This document shows positions 28,502 to 37,591 of a DNA stretch of 64,000 nucleotides, piece by piece. Where the stretch lies: positions 9,395 to 73,394 of the forward strand of contig JBMZWX010000005.1 of NCBI GenBank assembly GCA_049627085.1, written 5' to 3'. A program made the position numbers and the translations under genes. Position 1 is the stretch's first letter. Each line of letters begins with the position of its first letter. Origin of the DNA: Flavobacteriales bacterium. GTDB lineage: Bacteria; Bacteroidota; Bacteroidia; Flavobacteriales_D; Sanyastnellaceae. The notes under the pieces were generated by a model that saw nothing but the letters and a program-made list of their open reading frames with translations, was not told where the DNA came from and ran no database searches.

Positions 28502-30385
28502 TCAGTCTTGTTCGGCCTTCTGTTGCTCGAACATGGTGGCGTACAAACCGCCAGCGGCAAGCAACTCGTCGGGGGTGCCCGATTCCACCACTTTCCCTTC
28601 GTCCATCACCAGGATGCGGTCGGCATTGCGCAAGGAGGCCAGCCTGTGGCTGACCATGAGGGTGCAGGAGGCTTCTTGTTGGTCAATGGCCGCCAGGATG
28701 GCGTCCTCGGTTTCTGTGTCCACGGCGGACAAGCAATCGTCCAGGAACAGGACGCGCGGGCGCTTGACCAGGGCGCGTGCGATGCTGATGCGTTGCTTTT
28801 GGCCCCCGCTGAGGTTGACCCCACGTTCTCCGAGCATGGTGTCGAACCCGTGCTCAAACCCTTCGATGTCCTGACGAACGCCGGCGTCTTGGGCCGCTTG
28901 TCGGACCTGCTGTTCGTTCGCCTCGTCTTGGCCAAAGGCGATGTTGTTGCCGATGGTGTCGCTGAACAGGAACACGTCCTGGGGCACGTAGCCCAAGTCC
29001 CGTTTCATGGCGGCGAGGTCCCATGTCGGAAGGGGGGTGCCGTCCAGGGAGACGCGGCCTTCTTGGGGGTCCATCATCCGCATGGCCAACTGAAGGACCG
29101 TGGATTTCCCGCTGCCGGTGCGGCCGGTGATGCCCAGCGTCTCTCCTGCGTGAAGCGTGAACGAGACTTTGTCCAGGGCCTGGATGCCCGTGTCGGGATA
29201 GGTCCACGACACGCCGTCGAATTCGAGGGCTGGGGCGGCCGACAACGCGTCCGTGCGTCCTCCCGTGTCCGGCGACGTGACGGCGGGGGTGGCGTCCAAA
29301 AAGTCCAGGATGCGGTTCATGGAGGCTCCCGCTTTTTGGACCAACGAGGTCACCCAACCGACCGAGGCAAACGGCCAAGTCAACAGGTTGACGTAAAAGA
29401 CGAATTGGAAGATGTGGCCCAGCTCCAGGTGGCCGCCCACCACGCGCTGTCCGCCCACGTAGATGGTGAGGATGGTGCTCAGCCCCACCAGCAAGACGAT
29501 GATCGGCATGAACATGGCTTCCACCTTGACCAGGTCGAGCACACGGACCTTGTAGGCTGCTGTCTCGTCGTCGAACCGCTCGGCGGCGTCGCGTTCGCGG
29601 TTGAAGCTCTTCAGCACCCGAATGCCCGCGATGTGTTGCTGCACGAAGCTTGAGACGCGGCTCTGGGCCTTTTGGCGTGCGTCGCTCTTGCGGTGGATGT
29701 TCGCCGAGATGAAGTAGATGCCCAGCGACATGAAGGGGAGGGGTAGCAAGGCAAACAGCGTCAGCACCGGATCAATCGTCAGCATCACCGTGACCACCAG
29801 CGCCACCAACACCACCAGGTTCATGGAGTACATGATGGCCGGGCCGAGGTACATCCGGACGTGGCTCACGTCTTCGCTGATGCGGTTCATCAAGTCGCCC
29901 GTGTCGTTCCGCTTGTAGAAGCTGCTGTCCAGCACTTGGTAATGCCCGTAGATGTCGCGCTTGAGGTCGTATTCCACCAAGCGGCTCATCACAATGATGG
30001 TTTGCCGGGTCAAAAACGAGAACCCCCCTTTGACCAAAAACGCCAAGAGGTAGAACACGGCTTGCAGGGCGCCGACCCAAAGCACAAAGTCCAAGACGGC
30101 CTCCCGCGACGTCGGAGCGTCCAGCCCTTGCCAATCCCAACCCAGGGTGTTGGCCATGAAGGCCAGGGTGCGTGGCAGGTCGAGTTGGTCCATGGTGGGC
30201 GCTTCCCCCTCGGCCATGGGCACCAGGAAATGGGTGTTGGCTTCGTTCAGGGCGTTGACGCCTTCCCCAATCATGGAGGGTGCCCAGACGGCGAACATGT
30301 TGGTGAAGACCACGAAAACCATGCCGAGGAACAACCGTCCTCGGTACTTCCAAATCATGGGATTCAGTGCAAGCAGCGCCTTCAT
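28502..30385 (-). CDS. ABC transporter, fused permease/ATPase (MsbA/Mdl-like exporter)
   Basis: 627 aa with a 6-TM N-half. It has Walker A GRTGSGKST, signature LSGGQKQR and Walker B VLFLDD. Confidence 0.93.
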   Translation of the reverse strand: MKALLALNPMIWKYRGRLFLGMVFVVFTNMFAVWAPSMIGEGVNALNEANTHFLVPMAEGEAPTMDQLDLPRTLAFMANTLGWDWQGLDAPTSREAVLDFVLWVGALQAVFYLLAFLVKGGFSFLTRQTIIVMSRLVEYDLKRDIYGHYQVLDSSFYKRNDTGDLMNRISEDVSHVRMYLGPAIMYSMNLVVLVALVVTVMLTIDPVLTLFALLPLPFMSLGIYFISANIHRKSDARQKAQSRVSSFVQQHIAGIRVLKSFNRERDAAERFDDETAAYKVRVLDLVKVEAMFMPIIVLLVGLSTILTIYVGGQRVVGGHLELGHIFQFVFYVNLLTWPFASVGWVTSLVQKAGASMNRILDFLDATPAVTSPDTGGRTDALSAAPALEFDGVSWTYPDTGIQALDKVSFTLHAGETLGITGRTGSGKSTVLQLAMRMMDPQEGRVSLDGTPLPTWDLAAMKRDLGYVPQDVFLFSDTIGNNIAFGQDEANEQQVRQAAQDAGVRQDIEGFEHGFDTMLGERGVNLSGGQKQRISIARALVKRPRVLFLDDCLSAVDTETEDAILAAIDQQEASCTLMVSHRLASLRNADRILVMDEGKVVESGTPDELLAAGGLYATMFEQQKAEQD

Positions 30386-30401
30386 GGGGTGGGGGCTCGA
30401 C

Positions 30402-32801
30402 TCAGAACGAGAAGTTCCAAGACACCGACGGCAAGATGGGGAACAGACTCACTTGTTTGGCCTGGATTTCCAAGTTCCCTTCCAACAACTCGCCTTCGTT
30501 GTCGAAGAACAAGAAGTAGGGGTTGGCGCGGTTGTACAAGTTATAGATGCTGAACACCCAGCGGCGCTCCACGGCCCGGTCTTCAAAGTTCTTCTTGGGG
30601 AAGAGGGTGGCGCTGATGTCTGCGCGGTGGTAGGGCACCATGCGGTATCCATTGCGCGACCCGTACACGTCTGTGATGTTGCCTTCCAGGAAGTAGCGTT
30701 GGATGGGGAGGGTCAGCGTGTTGCCTGTGGCGTACACAAACGCGGCCGAGAGGTTCCACCGCTCGCTCGGGGTCCAATCCATCACCACGCTGAGGTCGTG
30801 ACGGCGGTCGAATTTGGCCGGGAAGGGGTTGCCGTTGTTCAAGTCCTCAAACTGGCGGTCGGTCTTGCTCCAGGTGTAGCCGACCCAGCCGTTGAGCTTG
30901 CCAAACTTTCGCTTCAAGAAAAACTCGGCCCCGTACGAGGTGCCTTCTCCAAACACGAGGTTGTTGTCGGGGTTGGTGCCAATGTTTTGGTCCGGGCGGG
31001 TGTTCTCGGCGTATTCCACCAGGTTGTCCAGGTCCTTGTGGTAGACCTCCACCGAGGTTTCCCACTCGCGGTTGGCGCCCAAGTCCACGAAGTACCCTGC
31101 GCTGAATTGTCGGCCGCGCTGGGGCGGGACCAAATCCGAACTGGGCAACCAGACGTCGGTCGGTGTGGTGGTGGCCGAAAGCGACGCCAGGTGCACATAC
31201 TGGTAGTTGATGGACCAGCCTGCCTTGATGCTGCTGCGCGGTCCAGTCTTCAGCCGCGCGCTCATCCTGGGCTCCCACCCACCGTAGCGTTTCACCAGCT
31301 CGCCTTGCCCGTACGTTGTCGAGTCGTCCGGGGCCAGCACATTGTCGCCTGGGGTGATCCGCGTGAAGGGGCCCACGTGACGGAAGTCGCTGCCCCGCAG
31401 TCCGAGGTGAAGTCGGAAGGCATCTGTCACATCCACAATGTCCTCGAGGTAGGCCGCACTTTCGTGGCTGAACGACACGGTCGCTTCCCCGAAGTCGAAT
31501 TCGTTGTCGCCCTGCCTGAAGAAAAACGACGTCGGAACAAATTCGTGGAACACGTGCTCCACACCGGTCCGGATTTCATGCCGCAGGTTGGGGTACCAAC
31601 TCAACTGGGCCTTCTGGGTCCAGTCCACCACGCCTGAATTGAAGCCAAACTCGAAGTCGTCCTGCCCCGAGGTGAACGCGAACTCGTAATTCGTGTAGGA
31701 TGCGTTGACGTTCAAGAACATCTTGTCGGTCACCACATGGTTCCAGCGCGTCGAGACCATGGCGTTGCCCCAAGGGATGGAGGCTCCGAATCCGGCGTCT
31801 GCGCTTTGGAAGCTGAACACGTCGCGCCCGAAGTACCCCGAAATGAACACCTCATCTTTGTCGCTGAAGCGGTGGTTGTACTTCGCGTTCAGGTCGTAGA
31901 AGTAATACCCAGACCCCGCGGCGGAGGTCGTTTCCACGTAGGGACGGGTCAGCACGTCGATGTACGTCCGGCGACCCGACACGATGAAACTGGACACGCC
32001 CTTTTTTACGGGGCCTTCCAAGGTCAGACGTGAGCTGATGAGCCCGATGCCGCCGCTGCCTTTGAGTTCCTTTCGGTTGCCTTCCTTCAACCCCAGATCA
32101 AGCACGCTGGAGACGCGCCCACCGAACCGCGCCGGCATGCTGCCTTTGTAGACCTCCACGGAGGAAATGGCGTCGGCGTTGAACACGCTGAAAAACCCAA
32201 ACAGGTGGCTGGCGTTGTAGATGGCCGCGTTGTCCAGCAGCAGCAGGTTTTGGTCTGGCCCTCCGCCACGCACGTAAAACCCGCTGTTGCCTTCCCCTGC
32301 ACTCTGGATGCCTGGGAGCAATTGGATGGCCTTCAACACATCCACTTCGCCCATCAAGGCGGGGAGGCGTTGGATGGTGGCGATGGCCACTTCGGCTTTG
32401 CCGAGGTTGGTGCTTTCCGTGTTTTGGCCTGCCGTGCCCACCACGGTTGCCGCGTCCACGGCGACCGATTGCGGCGCCAATTCCACGTTCCACTCCACGT
32501 CGCGGGCGCCGTCCACGTTCTCCACCGTTGGCGCATACCCGATGAACGAACAGGTCAACGTCGCAGGGCCCTTGGGCAAGGTGAGGCTGAAAAACCCGTA
32601 GATGTTGGTGGAGGCACCTTGGCTTTGGCCGTCCACAATGACGTTGGCCCCAAGGACGTACTCGCCGGTGCTCGCGTCGGTGACCCGTCCCCGAACCGTG
32701 AAGGTGCCCGCTTGCGACAAGCCCGACAACGCTCCGACGCACATGAAGGCCATGGCAAGCAAGGGCTGAAAAATCGTAGGCGATTGTGGACGGTGAGCCA
32801 T
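30402..32801 (-). CDS. TonB-dependent receptor with N-terminal CarboxypepD_reg domain
   Basis: Start trimmed to ATG 32801 (MAHRPQSPTIFQPLLAMAFMCVG...). It has a GRVTDASTGEYVLGANV domain, a plug and a beta-barrel ending SWNFSF. The 458 upstream codons of the ORF are antisense to the SBP gene. Confidence 0.92.
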   Translation of the reverse strand: MAHRPQSPTIFQPLLAMAFMCVGALSGLSQAGTFTVRGRVTDASTGEYVLGANVIVDGQSQGASTNIYGFFSLTLPKGPATLTCSFIGYAPTVENVDGARDVEWNVELAPQSVAVDAATVVGTAGQNTESTNLGKAEVAIATIQRLPALMGEVDVLKAIQLLPGIQSAGEGNSGFYVRGGGPDQNLLLLDNAAIYNASHLFGFFSVFNADAISSVEVYKGSMPARFGGRVSSVLDLGLKEGNRKELKGSGGIGLISSRLTLEGPVKKGVSSFIVSGRRTYIDVLTRPYVETTSAAGSGYYFYDLNAKYNHRFSDKDEVFISGYFGRDVFSFQSADAGFGASIPWGNAMVSTRWNHVVTDKMFLNVNASYTNYEFAFTSGQDDFEFGFNSGVVDWTQKAQLSWYPNLRHEIRTGVEHVFHEFVPTSFFFRQGDNEFDFGEATVSFSHESAAYLEDIVDVTDAFRLHLGLRGSDFRHVGPFTRITPGDNVLAPDDSTTYGQGELVKRYGGWEPRMSARLKTGPRSSIKAGWSINYQYVHLASLSATTTPTDVWLPSSDLVPPQRGRQFSAGYFVDLGANREWETSVEVYHKDLDNLVEYAENTRPDQNIGTNPDNNLVFGEGTSYGAEFFLKRKFGKLNGWVGYTWSKTDRQFEDLNNGNPFPAKFDRRHDLSVVMDWTPSERWNLSAAFVYATGNTLTLPIQRYFLEGNITDVYGSRNGYRMVPYHRADISATLFPKKNFEDRAVERRWVFSIYNLYNRANPYFLFFDNEGELLEGNLEIQAKQVSLFPILPSVSWNFSF

Positions 32802-32818
32802 GGCGTTGAATGAGGGCG

Positions 32819-32826
32819 CAAAAGTA
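32819..32826 (-). promoter_or_regulatory. -7 promoter box TACTTTTG for the TonB-dependent receptor
   Basis: An exact TAnnTTTG on the minus strand, 17 nt upstream of ATG 32801. Confidence 0.55.
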
Positions 32827-32833
32827 CTCCGTG

Positions 32834-32841
32834 TACCTTCG
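32834..32841 (+). promoter_or_regulatory. Candidate -7 box variant TACCTTCG, 5 nt from the SBP GTG start
   Basis: TACCTTCG-gggtt-GTG(32847). It is back-to-back with the box at 32819-32826. Confidence 0.4.
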
Positions 32842-32846
32842 GGGTT

Positions 32847-34478
32847 GTGTCGAAGAAACGCAAAAACACCCCCCTTGTTCACTGGGTTTGGGCCTTGACC
32901 GTGCTGGGCCTTCTGGCAGCCAGTGCAGGTTGCGGCCTGGGCGCCGGAAACGGCGTGGAGCGGGCAGGCAAGCAGGTGTTTCGGTACAACGAAAGCGCGG
33001 CCATCACAAGTCTGGACCCGGCGGCCGCCCGCAGCCTGGAGCACATGTGGGTGGTGGACCAACTTTACGACGGCTTGGTGGAGTTGAATGCCGACCTCGA
33101 AGTTGTCCCGTGCGTGGCGAAATCGTGGGAGGTTGACCCCGTCACCCACACCTACACGTTTCATCTCCGGCCTGGGGTCGCTTTCTCGAGCGGACGTTCC
33201 GTCGACGCGTCCGACGTGGTCTTTTCCTTGGAGCGGTTGCGCGACCCCTCGGTCGTGTCGTCTGGGGGCTGGATTTTGGATGCGGTGGTTCCTGAAGGCA
33301 TCCGTGCGGTGGACGACAGCACCGTGACCATCCAGCTGAGTCAGGCGTACCCGCCGTTTCTGGGGCTGCTGACGACGGCCTATGGGGCCATTGTGGACCG
33401 CGTGCATGCCCAAACCGAAGGCGTGAGTTTGCGAAACCAACCCGGGGGCACAGGGCCGTTTGTGCTCAAGTGGTGGCTTGAGGACGCAGGGTTGGTGTTG
33501 CATCCCAACCCTGGATATTGGGAGCGGGACGAAGAGGACAATCCGTTGCCCTACCTCGACGCGGTGCACATCGACGTGGTCCAGGACATGGGGTCGGAAT
33601 TCCTTGGTCTGACCCAAGGCCGGTACGATTTCATCAGCGGCTTGCACCCCTCGTTCATGGAGACCCTGCTGGACCAGGAGGGAGGGCTTCGCTCCTCGTT
33701 CGCGGGGGAGCTTCGCTTGGAGCACGTGCCTTTTCTGAAAACGGATTACCTCGGTGTGGTGTTGGACGGAAGCCAAACCCCGCCCGCCTTGAAGAACCCC
33801 ATGGTGAGGCAAGCCTTGAGTTTGGCGTTGGACCGTCCTTCGCTGGTCAAGCATTTGCGGCGGAATTCGGTGTCGGCCACAGACCGGTTTGTGCCGCCCT
33901 CGATGTTGGGACGCCCAGCCCCACATCCTGTTCGCTTGGAGGTGGACTCGGCGAAGGCCATGCTTGCCGACGCTGGGTATGCCGACGGAAAGGGGGTGGG
34001 CACCGTGGTGGTCAGCACCACGTCCGATTACGCCGACCTCTGTGCCGCCATCCAACACGATTGGACGGCGTTGGGGCTGGACGTCCAAATCGACGTGTTG
34101 CCTTCGTCCGTGCTTCGCGAGCGCGTGGCGCAAGGCGAGGTGGCGGTGTTTTACAAGTCGTGGCTGGCGGACCACCCAGACGCAGAAAATTTCTTGGGCT
34201 TGTTTGTGAAGGCCAATTTTTCACCGGGTGGCCCCAACTACACGCACCACCACAATCCTGAATTTGAAAACATGTACTGGCAGGCGTTGATGTTGTCCGA
34301 CGACGAATTGGGGCGCCGGGCGCTTTACCTGGCCATGGATAGCTTGGTTCACAGCGAGATGCCTGTCATCCCGTTGTTTCACGACCGCGTGACGCACGTG
34401 TTGCGCGAGGACGTGGAGGGCTGGGCCATTTCGCCGGTCAACCGTTTGGACTTGCGACGGGTGAAAAAAGGGGCATGA
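32847..34478 (+). CDS. Family-5 (peptide/nickel type) ABC substrate-binding lipoprotein, solitary
   Basis: 543 aa with a GTG start and lipobox LAASAGC. It has a typical SBP_bac_5 layout. No permease or ATPase genes are adjacent. Confidence 0.85.
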   Translation: MSKKRKNTPLVHWVWALTVLGLLAASAGCGLGAGNGVERAGKQVFRYNESAAITSLDPAAARSLEHMWVVDQLYDGLVELNADLEVVPCVAKSWEVDPVTHTYTFHLRPGVAFSSGRSVDASDVVFSLERLRDPSVVSSGGWILDAVVPEGIRAVDDSTVTIQLSQAYPPFLGLLTTAYGAIVDRVHAQTEGVSLRNQPGGTGPFVLKWWLEDAGLVLHPNPGYWERDEEDNPLPYLDAVHIDVVQDMGSEFLGLTQGRYDFISGLHPSFMETLLDQEGGLRSSFAGELRLEHVPFLKTDYLGVVLDGSQTPPALKNPMVRQALSLALDRPSLVKHLRRNSVSATDRFVPPSMLGRPAPHPVRLEVDSAKAMLADAGYADGKGVGTVVVSTTSDYADLCAAIQHDWTALGLDVQIDVLPSSVLRERVAQGEVAVFYKSWLADHPDAENFLGLFVKANFSPGGPNYTHHHNPEFENMYWQALMLSDDELGRRALYLAMDSLVHSEMPVIPLFHDRVTHVLREDVEGWAISPVNRLDLRRVKKGA

Positions 34479-34486
34479 CCTTCATG

Positions 34487-34494
34487 TATCTTGG
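34487..34494 (+). promoter_or_regulatory. Candidate -7 box variant TATCTTGG upstream of the ACMSD-like gene
   Basis: TATCTTGG abuts ATG 34495 and lies 21 nt from ATG 34516. This argues for 34516 as the true start. Confidence 0.3.
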
Positions 34495-34515
34495 ATGCCG
34501 CAGAAACGACCTGCC

Positions 34516-35523
34516 ATGCTCAAAATAGACAGCCACACGCACATTTTGCCCCGGGTCATGCCCAAGTGGTCGGAGAAATTCGGCTACGGGGGATTCATCC
34601 ATTTGGAGGTGTCCCGCCCTGGGTTTGCCAACATGATGCGGGACGACCTGTTCTTCCGGGAGATCGCCTCGAATTGTTGGGACGCAGAGGAGCGCATCGA
34701 GGAATACGGCAAGGCCGGGGTGCAGGTCCAAGTGGTCAGCACCATTCCGGTGATGTTCTCCTATTGGGCGAAGGCGCAAGATGCCGCCGACTTGGCGAGG
34801 TTCTTGAACGACCATTTGGCCCAAATTGTGCGAGACCACCCCAAACACTACGTGGGGTTGGCCTCGGTCCCGATGCAAGACACAGACCTGGCGATCGACG
34901 TGCTGCGCGAGGCCCATGCCGCCGGATTGCAAGGCGTTCAAATTGGATCCAACGTGAATGGACTCAACTTGGGCGACCCAAGATTCGCGCCGTTCTACGA
35001 GGCCTGCGAGGAGCTTGGCATGTCCTTGTTCATCCACCCTTGGGACATGATGGGCAAGGCAGACATGGAGAAGTATTGGTTGCCCTGGCTTGTGGGCATG
35101 CCCGCCGAGACCTCCAGGGCGGCGTGCTCCATGATCTTCGCAGGGGTGTTGGACACGCATCCCCGCTTGCGCGTGCTGTTTTCCCACGCTGGCGGCTCAT
35201 TCTTGCCCACCATAGGGCGGATCAAACACGGCCACGCGTGCCGCCCCGACCTTGTGGCGATCGACAACGAGAACGCCCCCGACACTTACCTCGGCAAGTT
35301 TTGGGTGGACAGCATCACGCACGACCCACGTCTTCTTCGCTACATCCTGGAAATGCAAGGGGCCGACCGCATTTGCATGGGCACCGATTATCCTTTCCCG
35401 CTGGGGGACTTGGAGTTTGGGCAATTCATGGAAGACATGGGGCTCAATGAGTCGGCCCGGATGCAACTTTTCTCGGGGTCGGTGTTGTCTTGGTTGGGCA
35501 TGGACGCGTCTCACTTTGATTGA
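34516..35523 (+). CDS. 2-amino-3-carboxymuconate-6-semialdehyde decarboxylase (ACMSD)-like amidohydrolase
   Basis: From memory it is collinear with animal ACMSD. Shared blocks are KIDSHTHILP, FGYGG, STIPVMFSYWAK, KYWLPWLVGMPAETS and GTDYPFPLGDLE. Confidence 0.85.
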   Translation: MLKIDSHTHILPRVMPKWSEKFGYGGFIHLEVSRPGFANMMRDDLFFREIASNCWDAEERIEEYGKAGVQVQVVSTIPVMFSYWAKAQDAADLARFLNDHLAQIVRDHPKHYVGLASVPMQDTDLAIDVLREAHAAGLQGVQIGSNVNGLNLGDPRFAPFYEACEELGMSLFIHPWDMMGKADMEKYWLPWLVGMPAETSRAACSMIFAGVLDTHPRLRVLFSHAGGSFLPTIGRIKHGHACRPDLVAIDNENAPDTYLGKFWVDSITHDPRLLRYILEMQGADRICMGTDYPFPLGDLEFGQFMEDMGLNESARMQLFSGSVLSWLGMDASHFD

Positions 35524-35547
35524 CGGACCCGGACGCTTGCGCACCAG

Positions 35548-36123
35548 ATGGACGACGAACTGAAAGACTTGCTGGAACGGTGCATCGCGGAAGAGCGGGG
35601 TGCCCAAACGCGCTTGTACAGGAAGTTCGCGGGAAAGGTGTTCGCCACCGCGTTGAGGTATTCCGACGGCAAGGAGGCGGCCGCCGACATCGCGCAAGAG
35701 AGCTGGGTGAAGGTGTTCAAGAATTTGGCCAAGTTCACGGAGTTCAACAGCTTCGAAGGGTGGGTCCGCCGCATCACAGTCAACACGGCCATTACCCACT
35801 ACCGGCGCAACCTCAAGCACAGGCACCACGACGACGTGTCGGAGGCGCTGTCGACGCCGCGAGATTTTGAGGCGTCCAAGCAGGCGGACTTCACGATGGG
35901 GGAAATCCAAACGGCCATGGCCGCGTTGCCCAAAGGGTACCGGACGGTCATCCAGCTGTACTTGGTCGACGGATTCAGCCACAAGGAAATCGCCGAAATG
36001 CTGCAGGTCGACGTCAACACGTCGAAAAGCCAACTGTCCCGTGGCCGCAAGCAACTGCAGGCCAACTTGAAAGCCATGGCACGTCGCGCCAGACCCCGAC
36101 CTGACGAAAAAAACCAAGGGTGA
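35548..36123 (+). CDS. ECF-type RNA polymerase sigma factor
   Basis: 191 aa with a region 2 (AQESWVKVF...FEGWVRRITVNTAI) and a region 4 HTH (FSHKEIAEMLQVDVNTSKSQLSRGR). Confidence 0.92.
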   Translation: MDDELKDLLERCIAEERGAQTRLYRKFAGKVFATALRYSDGKEAAADIAQESWVKVFKNLAKFTEFNSFEGWVRRITVNTAITHYRRNLKHRHHDDVSEALSTPRDFEASKQADFTMGEIQTAMAALPKGYRTVIQLYLVDGFSHKEIAEMLQVDVNTSKSQLSRGRKQLQANLKAMARRARPRPDEKNQG

Positions 36124-36159
36124 AGCAACCATTGGCCATCCTTCACGTTCTACCTCCGC

Positions 36160-36723
36160 ATGACCACCGAGAACCCACATCAGCACATGCCTGAATCCCC
36201 AGGCCAAGAGCCGTGGACGTCCGCTGAGCGCTTGTACCGTGAGGAGGCCCTCCGCATGGAGCTCGATCCGCCCGCCGGCCTCGAGGCTCAGGTGTTCAGC
36301 GCCCTGGACCAACCGGTCAGCGCGTCGCCCAAGAAGACCTCGTGGTGGGTCGGTGGCGTGGCCGTGGTTGCGGCTGTGGCGTTGACGTGGTGGGCGATGC
36401 CGTCCGACGCAGGTCACGTGGCTTCGCCCGCTCCTCCCATGGGCGCGGAGGCGATTCCTGCCACCACCGAGCCCGAGATGTACGAGCCGTCTGAGACTCC
36501 CCTCGACGTGCAGAAGCTCGAGGCCGCGCCAGTTGCGAAGGTTTCCAACGACCGGGAGGAGCCTGTGCAAGCAGAAGACCGTGTGTCGACCATGGAAGCG
36601 CTGGAAGCTTCTGAGGTGCCAGCTGTGGACGACTTCAACACCAACCGGGAGTTGTCGGTGAAAGACCGGTCCCCTCAGCAAGAGGTGAGGAAGGCCAAGG
36701 TGGAGGTGCACTCCGAGCACTAA
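36160..36723 (+). CDS. Putative single-pass anti-sigma factor
   Basis: 187 aa, immediately downstream of the ECF sigma. It has one TM (WWVGGVAVVAAVALTWWAM), an acidic/Pro-rich periplasmic tail and no ZAS motif. Confidence 0.55.
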   Translation: MTTENPHQHMPESPGQEPWTSAERLYREEALRMELDPPAGLEAQVFSALDQPVSASPKKTSWWVGGVAVVAAVALTWWAMPSDAGHVASPAPPMGAEAIPATTEPEMYEPSETPLDVQKLEAAPVAKVSNDREEPVQAEDRVSTMEALEASEVPAVDDFNTNRELSVKDRSPQQEVRKAKVEVHSEH

Positions 36724-36735
36724 CTTGCCCCTTCC

Positions 36736-37566
36736 ATGTCGGGAAGGACAATCATTTGTGGCGTGTTGTGGTTTTGCATGGTGCCCATGCGGGCTTCCAG
36801 TGTTCAAGACAGCCTGGTCGTGGACGGCATTCGGTTTGACTACGTCTCCGACGTGAACATCGATTCCCTGCTGGTCGACAAGCCCGTTCCTCAAGACGCA
36901 TGGGAGTGGTGGTTGGGTGCGGGTTGGGAGGTCCACGCCTCTGCTGCGAACCCGACGCTCGATTGGTTGACGTCTTCTTTGGGTTCCAGCCGGCCCAATG
37001 TGTTTGTGGAGCGTAGGTTGCACCGAGGCCAAACCGGCCACACGTGGGCCCTCCGCGTGGACCACCACCAGCCCTGGACGCTGAGAGAGGATGAGGTGTC
37101 GCCGTTCGTCAAAGGGTGGATTGCAGGCGAAGACGCGGCGGGGGCCTCGCCCCTGCGACAAGTGGTGTTGATCCCCGACAGCTTGGCGTTCGAGCGGGAC
37201 ACGTTGGAGGCGCCGTTGGCCCCGGGCCACGCCCTTCGCGTGGGTGTGGCGTGGGAGGGCGCAGAAACCGCAGGCGCCTGGCGGCCACGGCTCGCGGTGG
37301 CTGTCGATGTGGTTCGTCCCACAGTGTGGCGCATGCAGTTTCCCCAAGACCCCTCTCAATGGTTGGGGCTTTCTTCCGAAGATGTGCTTCAAGAAGTGAG
37401 CCGCTGGGCCCACCGCGTCAGATTTGAAGCGGGCGTGGTGTCCGATTGGAGGCGGCCGGACATGGTGAAGCGTTCCGCAGGGCAATTGAGGGCAAGCCTT
37501 TTTGTGGTGCCAGGCCAAATGTGGGGGCTTCGTGCCGTCCTGGCGACCAGCCCCACCCGCAGGTAG
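36736..37566 (+). CDS. Secreted hypothetical protein (possibly beta-rich envelope protein)
   Basis: 276 aa with a signal-like N-terminus (MSGRTIICGVLWFCMVPMRASS). It is third in the ECF cluster, and I recognise no family. Confidence 0.5.
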   Translation: MSGRTIICGVLWFCMVPMRASSVQDSLVVDGIRFDYVSDVNIDSLLVDKPVPQDAWEWWLGAGWEVHASAANPTLDWLTSSLGSSRPNVFVERRLHRGQTGHTWALRVDHHQPWTLREDEVSPFVKGWIAGEDAAGASPLRQVVLIPDSLAFERDTLEAPLAPGHALRVGVAWEGAETAGAWRPRLAVAVDVVRPTVWRMQFPQDPSQWLGLSSEDVLQEVSRWAHRVRFEAGVVSDWRRPDMVKRSAGQLRASLFVVPGQMWGLRAVLATSPTRR

Positions 37567-37591
37567 GGACCTTCTGTTGTACCTTGACGTC

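Noticed and set aside
32802-34175. 458-codon N-terminal extension of the TonB-dependent receptor ORF (track ORF 30402-34175)
   Set aside because: The extension is antisense to the SBP gene. The receptor has its own ATG at 32801, a signal-like N-terminus and a TACTTTTG box 17 nt upstream.
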